Assembly: GCA_002269645.1 (NCBI GenBank)
Contig: NIVC01001870.1
Coordinates: 1 to 64,000 of the forward strand
Direction: 5' to 3'
DNA: 64,000 bases
Origin: Macrostomum lignano
Taxonomy: Eukaryota
The position numbers were made by a program, and so were the translations under genes. Each line of letters opens with the position of its first letter. Position 1 is the stretch's first letter. Positions 13,701-24,400 of this stretch are shown here, one piece after another. The notes beneath the pieces were generated by a model. It saw nothing but the letters and a program-made list of their open reading frames with translations. It was not told the origin of the DNA and searched no databases.

Positions 13701-16700
13701 CTCCACACCCACCCCTATCCACTCCACTCCACATCCACCCACTCCACACCCACCCCTATCCACCCCACTTCACACCCACCCCACTGTACACCCACCCCTA
13801 TCCATTCCACTTCACACCCACCCGAATCCACCCCACTCCACACCCACCCCAATCCACCCCACTTCACACCCACCCGAATCCACCCCACTCCACACCCACC
13901 CCACTGTACACCCACCCCTATCCACCCCACTCCACACCCACCCGAATCCACCCCTCTCCACACCCACCCCAATCCACCCCACTTCACACCCACCCCACTC
14001 CACACCCACCCCTATCCACCTCACTCCACAACCACTCCACCCCACCTCACTTCACCCCAACCCACTCGACCCACCCCACCCTACTCCACCCCATCTCACT
14101 CCACCCCAACCACCCCATCTCACTCCACACTAAGCACTATTGCTTGTATTACTAATATATTAGTGACCCAGTCAGTACTTGCCTGTGCAAACAAACCGCT
14201 TATTTTCTTTTCTTTGATTTTTGAGCTTCTTTGGCACCCGGTGACCCAACATTCCACTTATAACACACCACTTATATTGCTTTCATTGCCAGTGGCATTA
14301 GTAGAGCGCTTGCTGGCTTGTAACGAGCTGCTATTTTCTTGGCTTAGTTTCGAATGCAACAAAGAATGCGAAAATTTACTGAATAAATTTCTACGCCAGA
14401 TCTGCGATCGCCTCCATCAGACTTCGCTGTCAATTCGCAACAACAAAGACTGCGCTCGATGAGCAGCGTTAACTATAGCGGCGGCAGCGGCGGTCACAGT
14501 GCCTTCGGTATAGCGCAGGGCTGGCACAAGTCTTTGTTTAGATATTGTGTTGTTACTTATTACCAAGTACCTATTAACCTATTCGTCTTGTTGTGTCGTA
14601 GTCTTTGTCTACTGTAATTTTTTATGATTTTTTGAAACTAATAATCTGAATTTTATATGAGGGCAAATTTTTTTAAGCTCCTTGTCATTTCTTGAGGGCA
14701 ATTAATATGATCCAATTTTTTTGGCTTATTGTCGGTTGCTGCCGTTTGGCTGCTGCTGCGGGGATGGTGGGTGCTGTGGGGGTGTTTGGTGGGTGCTGTG
14801 GGGGTGTTTGGTGGGTGCTGTGGGAGTGTTTGGTGGGTGCTGTGGGAGTGTTTGGTGGGTGCTGTGGGGTGTTTGGTGGGTGCTGTGGGGTGTTTGGTGG
14901 GTGCTGTGGGGTGTTTGGTGGGTGCTGTGGGGGTGTTTGGTGGGTGCTGTGGGGGTGTTTGGTGGGTGCTGTGGGGGTGTTTGGTGGGTGCTGTAAGGTT
15001 GTGAGTGGGTGGTGGGTTGGGTGCTGTCGGGATTGTTATGGGGGGTGCTACTGAGGTGGTATGTGCTGTGGAAGTGGTGGGTGGGTGCTGTGAGGTTGTG
15101 AGTGGGTTCTGCTGGGGTGGTGGGTGCTGTGGGGTAATATCATGTAATAGATTTGAATTTGCCTAAATTCTAAATTCCAATGTATTTAAATTCGTGTCGT
15201 GTCAAAAGGAAAACATATTTTTTTTATAATTTGCATGTACTTTTCCCGCATATACTATTACTAGTATAGTTTTATCACTAACCTGGCTACTATTCGTTGT
15301 AATACCTTTTCCTGTTTATATCAATAATCGCATTATTTAATAGCATCGTTTGCACCCGCCCTTGCAGAGCCCAAGTTCATGAATTTGCCTAGCAACTTGT
15401 CCATTCCGCCGGCGCAGTCGCCAACAAGCGAGTCTGCAGCGTCAGCAGCCGCCACTTCAGCTTCGTTCGTTCGTCCAGCGGCTGTGCTGGCCGCTCTGGA
15501 CAGTCCAGACGGGGCCAGCCGCTCTCCTGCCGCTGTTGCCGAGTAAGTTCTGGGGGTGTACTTTTATGTGCTAATTACTCTACTCACTAAAGTAGTATAA
15601 GTAGTATGTTATGCTAATGTCCTCTCTTTGTTTTGCTTATAGTTTCAATTTTTATGTTGTGAGTGAAGCTTTCCTATCGTGCTTTCGATGGTTGCGTTTT
15701 GTTCAATCATTAATTAAATCGTCGATCCTCGAAGACTATAAAATGATGAAATAGAATCCAAGACACATTCTTGATATTTGTGAGTCTGAAATCTTCCCTC
15801 CCCTTTAGGGGGCCAAATGGCTAGTCCTATATACTAAAATTTACCGTTTTAAGCCTAATTTGCATTTTACTAACAATAAATTATAAATCGCGACCAATTT
15901 GCAGAAATGGTCATATAAATCTATTTACTACATTGTTAAAAGCAACAAGCAGCTTTAGAAGAAAGTTGAGGTCTGTTCATTAAAGTTTGAGAAAATTATT
16001 TTTGTTTTCATTAGTGTTAAGTGTACTACTGACAAGTAACATGCTGTGTTTTCAATAGAATTTTCTAATGATTTAAATTCTATTCAAGCGTGCTAAACAT
16101 TAGAAGCAATATTTAATAAATCGATCCTACCTTATTGTTTAACTAATAACTCTTTCTAACTGTTAGGATTGATTTGTGGGTTTGTTAATTAATACAATCT
16201 AATGACTCAATATTCCAGTGTCTCACAGCCTTCGTCTGATTTCTTTACTTCAGTAAGCCGACTTGTGCTTATTTTCGTTTAAAAAAAAAATTTTTTAATT
16301 TTCTTACCCTAGTTATAAATCTTGGTATTTTGCTGTGCCATTGCTATGACTGTTCACTGTCTGAACTTTGATAACGTGCTTGCTGACTGCGTTTGTGACC
16401 TAAATTCCGTTTTGGTTTTTAGTTCTGCTTGTGACAAAAAAGCATGCAAAAAATCCCCGTTGGTTGCTAATCCCCTGTGAGTCACTGGGATGCTAATCCC
16501 CTTTCATTCACTGCTGATCCCCTGTCAGTCACTGGGATGCTAATCCCCTGTCATTCACTGCTGATCCCCTGTCAGTCACAGATGCTAATCCCCTGTCATT
16601 CACTGCTGATCCCCTGTCAGTCACTGGGACGCTAATCCCCTGTCAGTCACTGGGATGCTAATCCCCTGTCAGTCACTGGGATGCTAATCCCCTGTCAGTC

Positions 16701-19236
16701 ACTGAGATGCTAATCCCCTGTCAGTCACTGGGGTGCAAATCCCCTGTCAGTCACTGGGATGCTAATCCCCTGTCAGTCACTGGGTGCTAATCCCCTGTCA
16801 GTCACTGGGGTGCTAATTCCCTGTCAGTCACTGGGGTGCTAATCCCCTGTCAGTCACTGGGGTGCTAATTCCCTGTCAGTCACTGGGGTGCTAATTCCCT
16901 GTCAGTCACTGGGGTGCTAATTCCCTGTCAGTCACTGGGACGCTAATTCCCTGTCAGTCACTGGGGTGCTAATCGGGTGCTAATCCCCTGTCAGTCACTG
17001 GGTGCTAATCCCCTGTCAGTCACTGGGTGCTAATTCCCTGTCAGTCACTGGGATGCTAATCCCCTGTCAGTCACTGGGTGCTAATCCCCTGTCAGTCACT
17101 GGGTGCTAATTCCCTGTCAGTCACAGGGTGCTAATTCCCTGTCAGTCACTGAGATGCTAATTTCCTGTGCGGCACTTCTAAAAGACGCAAGTTTCAGCAT
17201 TTCTTGTGATTGTATGCGTGTCACCGGATTAAAATTGCTAGTAGTTTTTGAAACAATTTTTAACTTGGTATGTTAACTGATAACAGTAGTATGCTTATTG
17301 CAACATAAATTAGTTGTGTACAAATCCATAACTCCCCATATTTCAGTTTATATCGATTGTTAATGTTAAGGAATAACAAGTTAAAGTCGTTAAAGCCCAG
17401 GTCTAGTTGACTTATACTAATTGCTATTCTGCATGCCAAATATGAAATTGAAAATTAACTTGGTAATAAAATTCGAAATCTCGTAATAACCGTGCAAATG
17501 TGAGACTGATTGCATTTTATGCCCTGCTATGCCTGAAAATCACGATTGTGTTTTCTTCCCAGAGTCAGTTTAACCCTTGCAATTTAACCCTACCTTCTCG
17601 CGTGCTTTTAAATATCCAGGTGATTTTCTATTCAAAACTAACAGTTCTGACCAGTGTGATATTAATATTAGCTGACAATGGTATCTGGAATGAATCATTT
17701 CTGATGTTAGTTGTCTATTTTGGAAACATTAATTGGCATTCTGGTAACTTCCCTTTCTTCAACTACTTTATCTTGCCAACACCACACATCCTTTCCTACA
17801 CTGCCTTCCCCGCACTCTCTTCCCCACACTCCCTTCCCCACACTCCCCTACACTCCCTTCCCTACACTCCCGTCCCTACACTCCCTTCCCCACACTCCCC
17901 TACACTCCCTTCCCTACACTCCGTCCCTACACTCCCTTCCTACACTCCCTTCCTACACTTCCTTCCCTACACTCCCTTCCCTACACTCCCGTCCCTACAC
18001 TCCCTTCCCCACACTACTCCCGTCCCTACACTCCCTTCCCCACACTACTCCTTTCCCCAAATTCCCCTCCCCACACTCCCCCAAATTCCCTTCCCTACAC
18101 TCCTTTCCCTACACTGCCTTCCCTACACTCCCTTCCCTACACTCCCTTCCTACACTCCCTTCCTACACTTCCGTCCCTACACTCCCTTCCTACACTCCCT
18201 TCCCTACATTTCCTTCCTACACTCCCTTCCCTACACTCCCTTCCTACACTCCCTTCCCTACACTCCCTTCCCTACACTCCCTTCCCTACACTCCATTCCC
18301 TACACTCCCGTCCTTACACTCCCTTCCCCACACTACTCCTTTCCCCAAATTCCCCTCCCCACACTCCCCAAATTCCCTTCCCTACACTCCCTTCCTACAC
18401 TCCCTTCCCTACACTCCCTTCCCTACACTCCCTTCCCTACACTCCATTCCCTACACTCCCGTCCCTACACTCCCTTCCCCACACTACTCCTTTCCCCAAA
18501 TTCCCCTCCCCACACTCCCCCAAATTCCCTTCCCTACACTCCCTTCCTACACTCCCTTCCCTACACTCCCTTCTTACACTCCCTTCCTACACTCCCTTCC
18601 CTACATTTCCTTCCCTACACTCCCTTCCCTACACTCCCTTGCCTACACTCCCTTCCCTACACTCCTTTCCCTACATTTCCTTCCTACACTCCCTTCCCTA
18701 CACTCCCTTGCCTACACTCCCTTCCCTACACTCCCTTGCCTACACTCCCTTCCCTACACTCCTTTCCCTACACTCCCTACACTCCCTTCCCTGCACTTCC
18801 CTAAACCCCTTTCCCTAAGGTAAGTATCTTTTTACAAGAGCAGACATTCCATTTGTTTGCAACACCAATAGTTATTGTTGAACAATAACCTATATAATAA
18901 TATGCATATTCAATCAAATAAATACAAACTTATTTGCTATATCTGTATTGATATTGTAGTACACGCTCCCAAGCCGGTTCCGCCGGAGGAACACAGCGGA
19001 CTCAGCCGCCGCAGTCCCCCGTTCGTCATAAAAAGCTCCAAGCGCCGGTGTCGCCATCGCCTCAGCAACCGCAGCAGCAGCAGCAGCAGACACAGCAACA
19101 TTCTCGCCAAGCTTCAATAGGCGGCAGTGGCAGTTGTAGCTCAACAGAAACTTCTTTAACTGCAGCAGCCGTAACTAAGCAGCAACCATCAAGCCAGTTG
19201 CAACCTGTTGATTCAAATGAGGTCACGAACTTTTAA
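3469..19236 (+). CDS. BAR-domain + RhoGAP protein (ARHGAP17/ARHGAP44/SH3BP1, RICH/Nadrin family), 9 exons, about 909 aa
   Basis: Exons 3469-3926, 4618-4826, 6505-6845, 7609-8013, 9993-10146, 11453-12055, 14400-14507, 15368-15542, 18960-19236. All are GT-AG and phase-compatible (2730 nt). A helical BAR-like N-terminus leads into YGTPLGDHLSRTGRRIAYVIDVC...EEGLFRV (arginine finger), LKKYLKQLPEPL, NKMSPKNLGICIGPNI and ENLIVHHDFCF. A low-complexity S/P/Q tail follows, ending EVTNF*. The exon 6 boundaries are the least certain. Confidence 0.88.
4175..4500 (-). repeat. About 24-bp satellite family A (gagattggagcgattcttaggggt), inverted relative to the intron 2 and intron 4 copies
   Basis: The reverse complement acccctaagaatcgctccaatctc matches the units at 4925-5160 and 8095-9925. 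Confidence 0.9.
4925..6490 (+). repeat. Satellite family A; mostly a 48-bp dimeric unit (aatcggtccaatctcaccctctagcagtctatccaatgtcactctaag)
   Basis: Direct reading. It explains the 16-aa periodic ORFs at 5212-6102 and lies in RhoGAP intron 2. Confidence 0.95.
7005..7545. repeat. 42-bp minisatellite (ctggaagctagtagggatttccaggattccgcaatcaataat)
   Basis: RhoGAP intron 3; it explains the 14-aa periodic ORFs at 6892-7561. Confidence 0.95.
8095..9925 (+). repeat. Satellite family A, 23-24-bp units with a 763-bp higher-order duplication
   Basis: Units of ccaatctcacccctaagaattgcc. Identical ORFs at 8326 and 9089 give the 763-bp offset. RhoGAP intron 4. Confidence 0.95.
10200..10426 (-). mobile_element. 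tRNA-derived SINE with CORE-like central domain
   Basis: The minus strand reads gtagcctagtggttagagcatcgggctcacgactgaaaggtcgggggttcgattc (Pol III A box TAGCCTAGTGG, B box GGTTCGATTC), then tgtccttgagaaagacacttaactctgcattgcttcagttcccccagctgtaaaatggg. A second diverged copy lies at 22975-23104. The 3' boundary is approximate. Confidence 0.75.
11035..11245. repeat. Diverged minisatellite of about 32 bp (gatcaaattatctgggatcggggatttcataattgg)
   Basis: About 6 degenerate units in RhoGAP intron 5. Confidence 0.8.
12175..12910. repeat. 20-bp minisatellite (gtgacattgagtgtcagaga)
   Basis: Direct reading; RhoGAP intron 6. Confidence 0.95.
13360..14130. repeat. C-rich minisatellite of about 25 bp (ccaccccactccacacccacccgaat); G4-prone on the minus strand
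   Basis: Direct reading; RhoGAP intron 6. Confidence 0.93.
14760..15135. repeat. G-rich 21-22-bp minisatellite (ggtgggtgctgtggggtgttt)
   Basis: Direct reading; RhoGAP intron 7. Confidence 0.93.
16465..17165. repeat. 26-27-bp minisatellite (gtcagtcactggggtgctaatcccct)
   Basis: Direct reading; RhoGAP intron 8. Confidence 0.95.
17775..18815. repeat. C-rich 14-15-bp minisatellite (ccctacactcccttc)
   Basis: Direct reading. It accounts for the spurious 434-aa and 370-aa ORFs. RhoGAP intron 8. Confidence 0.95.
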
Positions 19237-20454
19237 AATCTGTTTTATTCTATTTAACGGCTGCTGCTGTTGTGTCTCCTTGTTTTCTGCCTGACGAAAT
19301 CAAATAAATTTAAAATCAGCTTTTTTCTCTAAATTCTCACTATCCTATTATATATACTCTACTATTGCTACTTATTACTCTCCTCGGCAGTAGTGTGTCA
19401 CCGACCGACAGCTGCAATATTAACAGAGGAACATTTTTTTAATAATAATTATTTCTCTGTTTCTATGTACATATTATATAATAATAGGTTAATCAGCTTA
19501 TAAATATTTTTCCTGCTCTTGTCTTTGTTTCTCTATAAATATGTTTATGAGTGATTAATCATTGAGGGCCGGTCAATGTGTATAAATATATGAATATATT
19601 GAGATTCATCTCTAATCTCCTTGCAAGCCAGAATTGTGATTTGATCTCATTAAGATTTACAAAATAATATTGAATATTATCTGCAATACGCTTCATTCAC
19701 GTAATGCTACTAGTTTTTGTGATACAAATTATATAGAGACTGTGTGTCTGAACTTATTTGGCAATCATATACATATATAATGTTAATAATATTGTCACAT
19801 TTTTCCGTTGGTTAAAAATTTTATGTTGTTGTTATTGTTTGACTGAGTTTGTTTCTGTGTGCTTATATTTTGTTTTAATTAAATCAATTAATTCAAATTG
19901 GCGCCGGTAATGTACGCATATTACATTACTTATTTGGTTAGTGACCATAATACAGTTATGGATTACCCTCTGAACAAATCTGATTTCGGGTTGAGGCAAT
20001 AATCAAGAAACATGCTTACATTGAAGTAATCCCTTGCATGCTTTAAATTAAATTTAGTTATTTCCTTGCAATATCTAGATCAATCGTTGTAACGCAGTGT
20101 CCACAGTTTTTATTCATGATAGTAAAGCTTTTATTAATATTTTATTTATTATTAAACTCGCACCGTTAGTCCCATTTTAAGGTTTCTGTTAATTTTTGCC
20201 TCTATATTCACCTCCCTCTGTTTTGTTTCCAATTGTATTACTTATGAGTGTTTATATATAGCAGTTATTCACGCATCTAAGCAATTAATGTGCAAATAAA
20301 ATTCTACCATATATAAATATATATGCGAGCTTTTGTTTTGTTGGATTATAAAGCGCTTCTAAAATCAAGCATTTCTGTGAGTTGAATTTGATTTTTTCAT
20401 TTGCTGATTGTGGTTCTTTAACATAGAAATATCGGATAGCTAATTCAAAGACTG

Positions 20455-20885
20455 GGTATCTTAGAAAGGTTTGAGGCCATAGACATCACTTCAGTCTAGG
20501 ATCTCGTTTTTTGGAAATGTCCTGAGGCCATAGACATCACTTCAATCTAGGATTTCGTTTCTTGGAAAGATCCTAAGGCCATAGACATCACTTCAATCTA
20601 GGATTTCGTTTCTTGGAAAGGTCCTGAGGCCATAGACATCACTTCAATCTAGGATTTCGTTTCTTGGAAAGATCCTGAGGCCATAGACATCACTTCAATC
20701 TAGGATTTCGTTTCTTGGAAAGATCCTAAGGCCATAGACATCACTTCAATCTAGGATTTCGTTTCTTGGAAAGGTCCTGAAGCCTTAGACATCACTTCAG
20801 TCTAGGATCTCGTTTTTTGGAAAGGTCTTGAGGCCATAGACATCACTTTAATCTAAGCGTTTCTTAGAAATGTCTTGGGCCATCA
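20455..20885. repeat. 51-bp minisatellite (gaggccatagacatcacttcaatctaggatttcgtttcttggaaagatcct)
   Basis: About 8 units, intergenic between the RhoGAP gene and ALDH8A1. Confidence 0.93.
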
Positions 20886-21431
20886 ACATTACTCCAAACA
20901 AATATTAGGTTTCTTGGAAATTTCGTTTTTTAAGGCTAATACTGTGCTTCTTAGAAACTTGGTCTTGAACATCAGCGCTCTCCACAGGTCCATAGACGTC
21001 TCTTAAAACAAATTCTGAGTTTGCAAGAAAGGCATCGCGCATAAACGGTCGTTTAAATCTAAGATTGAGTTTGTAAACATGCTTCAACCAAGTGCCTATT
21101 CAACTTGAAAAACGAAGGGCGCACATGCATAATACATAGCTGGTACATATGGTCAATTTTTTCAAGCTAAATTTCCTGTGTATAGTAGCAAGCACTAGAA
21201 TTGTTAGATAACAAATCACTGCACGTGTCTTATCTAGTAACAATCTCAGTACATTCTGGAATTTATTGCTGTACAACCCAGTGGGGCGTATAGCTATTGG
21301 TCAAGTAGGAAATGGTGCTGCCTCTATAATAGCTTAATTGGGTTCCTATAATTGTATGTAATGCTAGCACACTTCGAATTTTTGCAGCCAGCTTAATCAG
21401 TGTATAAAAGTCTAGAGAAACAATAAAAACA

Positions 21432-24400
21432 ATGTCAGCTGATCTGCTGCAGTTGGAGAATTTCATAGCCGGTCAGTTCACTGCCCCGCTGGGCGGTCGC
21501 TATTTGGACAGCGTCGACCCGTCGACTGGTTCGGCCTGGGCTCGACTCCCAGACAGCGGGGCTGACGATGTTGACGCAGCGGTGAACTCGGCGCTTAATG
21601 CTTTCCCTAGGTAGGCTTATAGTCGGTTACAATCGCTATACCGATATGTTGTGTAGTAAACTACACTTTTTGTGAAATCGAGGAAAAAATTGCTATGAAA
21701 TTAATTCACTCATTCAATGATTTACTTTGCACGAAGTTATAGACATTGCCCTTTAAAGGGCCGTTTTGATCTGATCTAAAACCACGTTGCTTAAATATAT
21801 ATATATTACTCTACCCGCGTTGGGTTACAACCAAAATAGGCTAAAATTGGTTTCCCTAGCAACTAAGTCGGCTTTCCTAGCAACCAAATCGGCTTCCATA
21901 GTAAACTATTCGGCTTCCATAGTAACTAATTCGGCTTCCCTAATAACCAAATTCAGCGCCCATAGAAACCCAATAGGCCTCCATAGTAACCAATTCGGCT
22001 TCCATAGCAACCAAATCAGCGCCCATAGCAATCAATTTGGCTTCCATATCAACCAAATCAGCTCTCATAGCAACCAATTTGGCTTCCATAGCAACCAAAT
22101 CAGCGCCCAAAGCAACCAATTCAGCTTCCATAGTAACCAACTCAGCCCCCGAAGCAACCCATTCGGCTTCCATAGCAACCAAATCAGCGCCCATAGCAAC
22201 CAATTTGGCTTCCATAGCAACCAAATCAGCGCCCAAAGCAACCAATTCGATCAGCTTCCATAGTAACCAACTCAGCCCCCAAAGCAACCAATTTGGCCTC
22301 CATAGCAACCAAATCAGCGCCCAAAGCAACCAAATCAGCGCCCAAAGCAACCAATTCGGCTTCCATAGCAACCAAATCAGCGCCCATAGCATCCTAAAAG
22401 CTTTTCCTTACTTCAACTGCCCCAGCTGGTCAGCCAAATCCGCAGTGGCCAGATCTCAAATACTCGATGCGATCGCCAATCAGATCGAGCAGCACCTGGA
22501 CGAGCTTGCCGAGCTCGAATCGCGCGACCAAGGCAAGCCGGTGTGGCTCGCCAGAGCTGTGGACATTCCCAGGGCGGTGCACAATTTTAGATTCTTTGCC
22601 AGCGCAAATCTGCATCACTTGGAGACGTGAGTTGTCAAATTATTCGAAATGCTCTGCAGACTCAAGAGCCACCTGATGCTGATGTGCGAGAACGAAGCAC
22701 TTTTAAATAGTTGGCCAGCGGCAGACGCACCTAGGACTATCGCGCGCCACGACCCCTGGTGTCGATTCTGTGCAGGCCCAAATTCATTTGAGACTTTTGG
22801 TGCAGGAAAACTGGCCCAGGGGAGAGGGGGGTTGCCAGGCAATTCCACAGCCCTGAGAGCCAACGCCGAAGGCACACAGAGAGTGCATGGGAAAATCTTG
22901 AAATTGCAAATCTTTTTCGTCTTTATCGTCTGCAGTAGCTATATATTATTTTGTGTTGGAACAGTTTCATTTTGAGTGGATAGGGCGTGGCGGATTTACG
23001 ACTGAAAGGTCGGAGGTTCGATTCTCGATCTACTCGGAATAATTTATGTCCTTCAGCAAGACGCCTAACTCTGCATTGCTTCAGTTCAGCCAGCTGTAAA
23101 ATTCTGTAATTCTGTAATTTCTGCAGTGCCACTTACCAGGCTGAATTCTCGGCGCAGAACTGGACTATTCGAACTCCCGTAGGAGTCTGCGGCCTCATCT
23201 CGCCCTGGAATCTGCCGCTCTATCTGCTCACGTTTAAATTGGCGCCGTGTCTGGCTGCTGGTAGGCAGTTAAAGTAATGCTTCTTTTCGTTTAACTAAGT
23301 GTCACTTTTTATAACCCTATGATTATAGTTAAATATAGTTAAATATAGTTGAATATATTATAATGGTTATTAAACTACATTTACTTTTGGATGCGTTTGT
23401 CATAGGTGCTAGAATAGATGATCACTTGCGCCAGAGTAAATTATCAGTGGCGTCAGAGTAAATTATCACTTGCGCCAGAGTAAATTATCAGTGGCGTCAG
23501 AGTAAATTATCACTGGCGTCAGAGTAAATTATCAGTGGCGCCAGAGTAAATTATCAGTGGCGCCAGAGTAAATTATCAGTGGCGCCAGAGTAAATTATCA
23601 GTGGCGCCAGAGTAAATTATCAGTGGCGTCAGAGTAAATTATCAGTGGCGCCAGAGTAAATTATCAGTGGCGCCAGAGTAAATTATCAGTGGCGCCAGAG
23701 TAGATTATCAGTGGCGCCAGAGTAGATTATCAGTGGCGCCAGAGTAGATTATCAGTGGCGCCAGAGTAGATTATCAGTAGCGCCAAAGTAGATTATCAGT
23801 GGCGCCAAAGTAGATTATCAGTGGCGCCAGAATATATTATATGTGGTGCCGGTATAGACATCAAAAGCGTCAATATTGTGCTTGATCGCATTCCTTATCA
23901 AAAGAGTAAAATATCTAGCAATGGGCAAATAATACTACTTCAATTGCTAGTAGAGGTGATGCATAATAGCGCATCTTAATTGTGTTTATTATTTATTTAT
24001 TAGGCAACACTGCCGTGTGCAAGCCAAGCGAATTGACCTCAGTAACCGCTTGGCGACTCTGCCAGCTGATGACGGACGCTGGCTTACCAGCCGGAGTTGT
24101 CAACATGGTGTTTGGCAGAGGCGCCACGGCTGGCGAGGCTCTGGTGCTGCACCCCAATGTGCCGGCTGTGTCCTTTACTGGCAGCACCCTGATTGGCTCG
24201 AGAATTCAAGCCCTAACAGCGCCTATGGTTAAGAAATTGTCGCTTGAGGTGCGTTTGTGCATCGCATTAATTTTCGGACTGAGTCTTGTCAAGCCCCGAG
24301 GCACAGATATTGTAAAGAAGCGACAAAATTGTGACTGTAGCTGTGAGCTCTTATGAAGGCTCCATCCTTGATCCCTTCAAAGTAATCAATCACCCTTGAT

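Noticed and set aside
17500-18823. 434-aa and 370-aa Pro/Thr/Leu-rich ORFs, and similar periodic ORFs at 5212-6102, 6892-7561, 13407-15054, 21787-22392, 24396-25201, 33243-34373, 34744-35227, 44759-47203, 51546-52112, 60067-60874
   Set aside because: All are stop-free readings of tandem repeats. Nearly all lie inside introns bounded by well-supported exons, the remainder in intergenic DNA.
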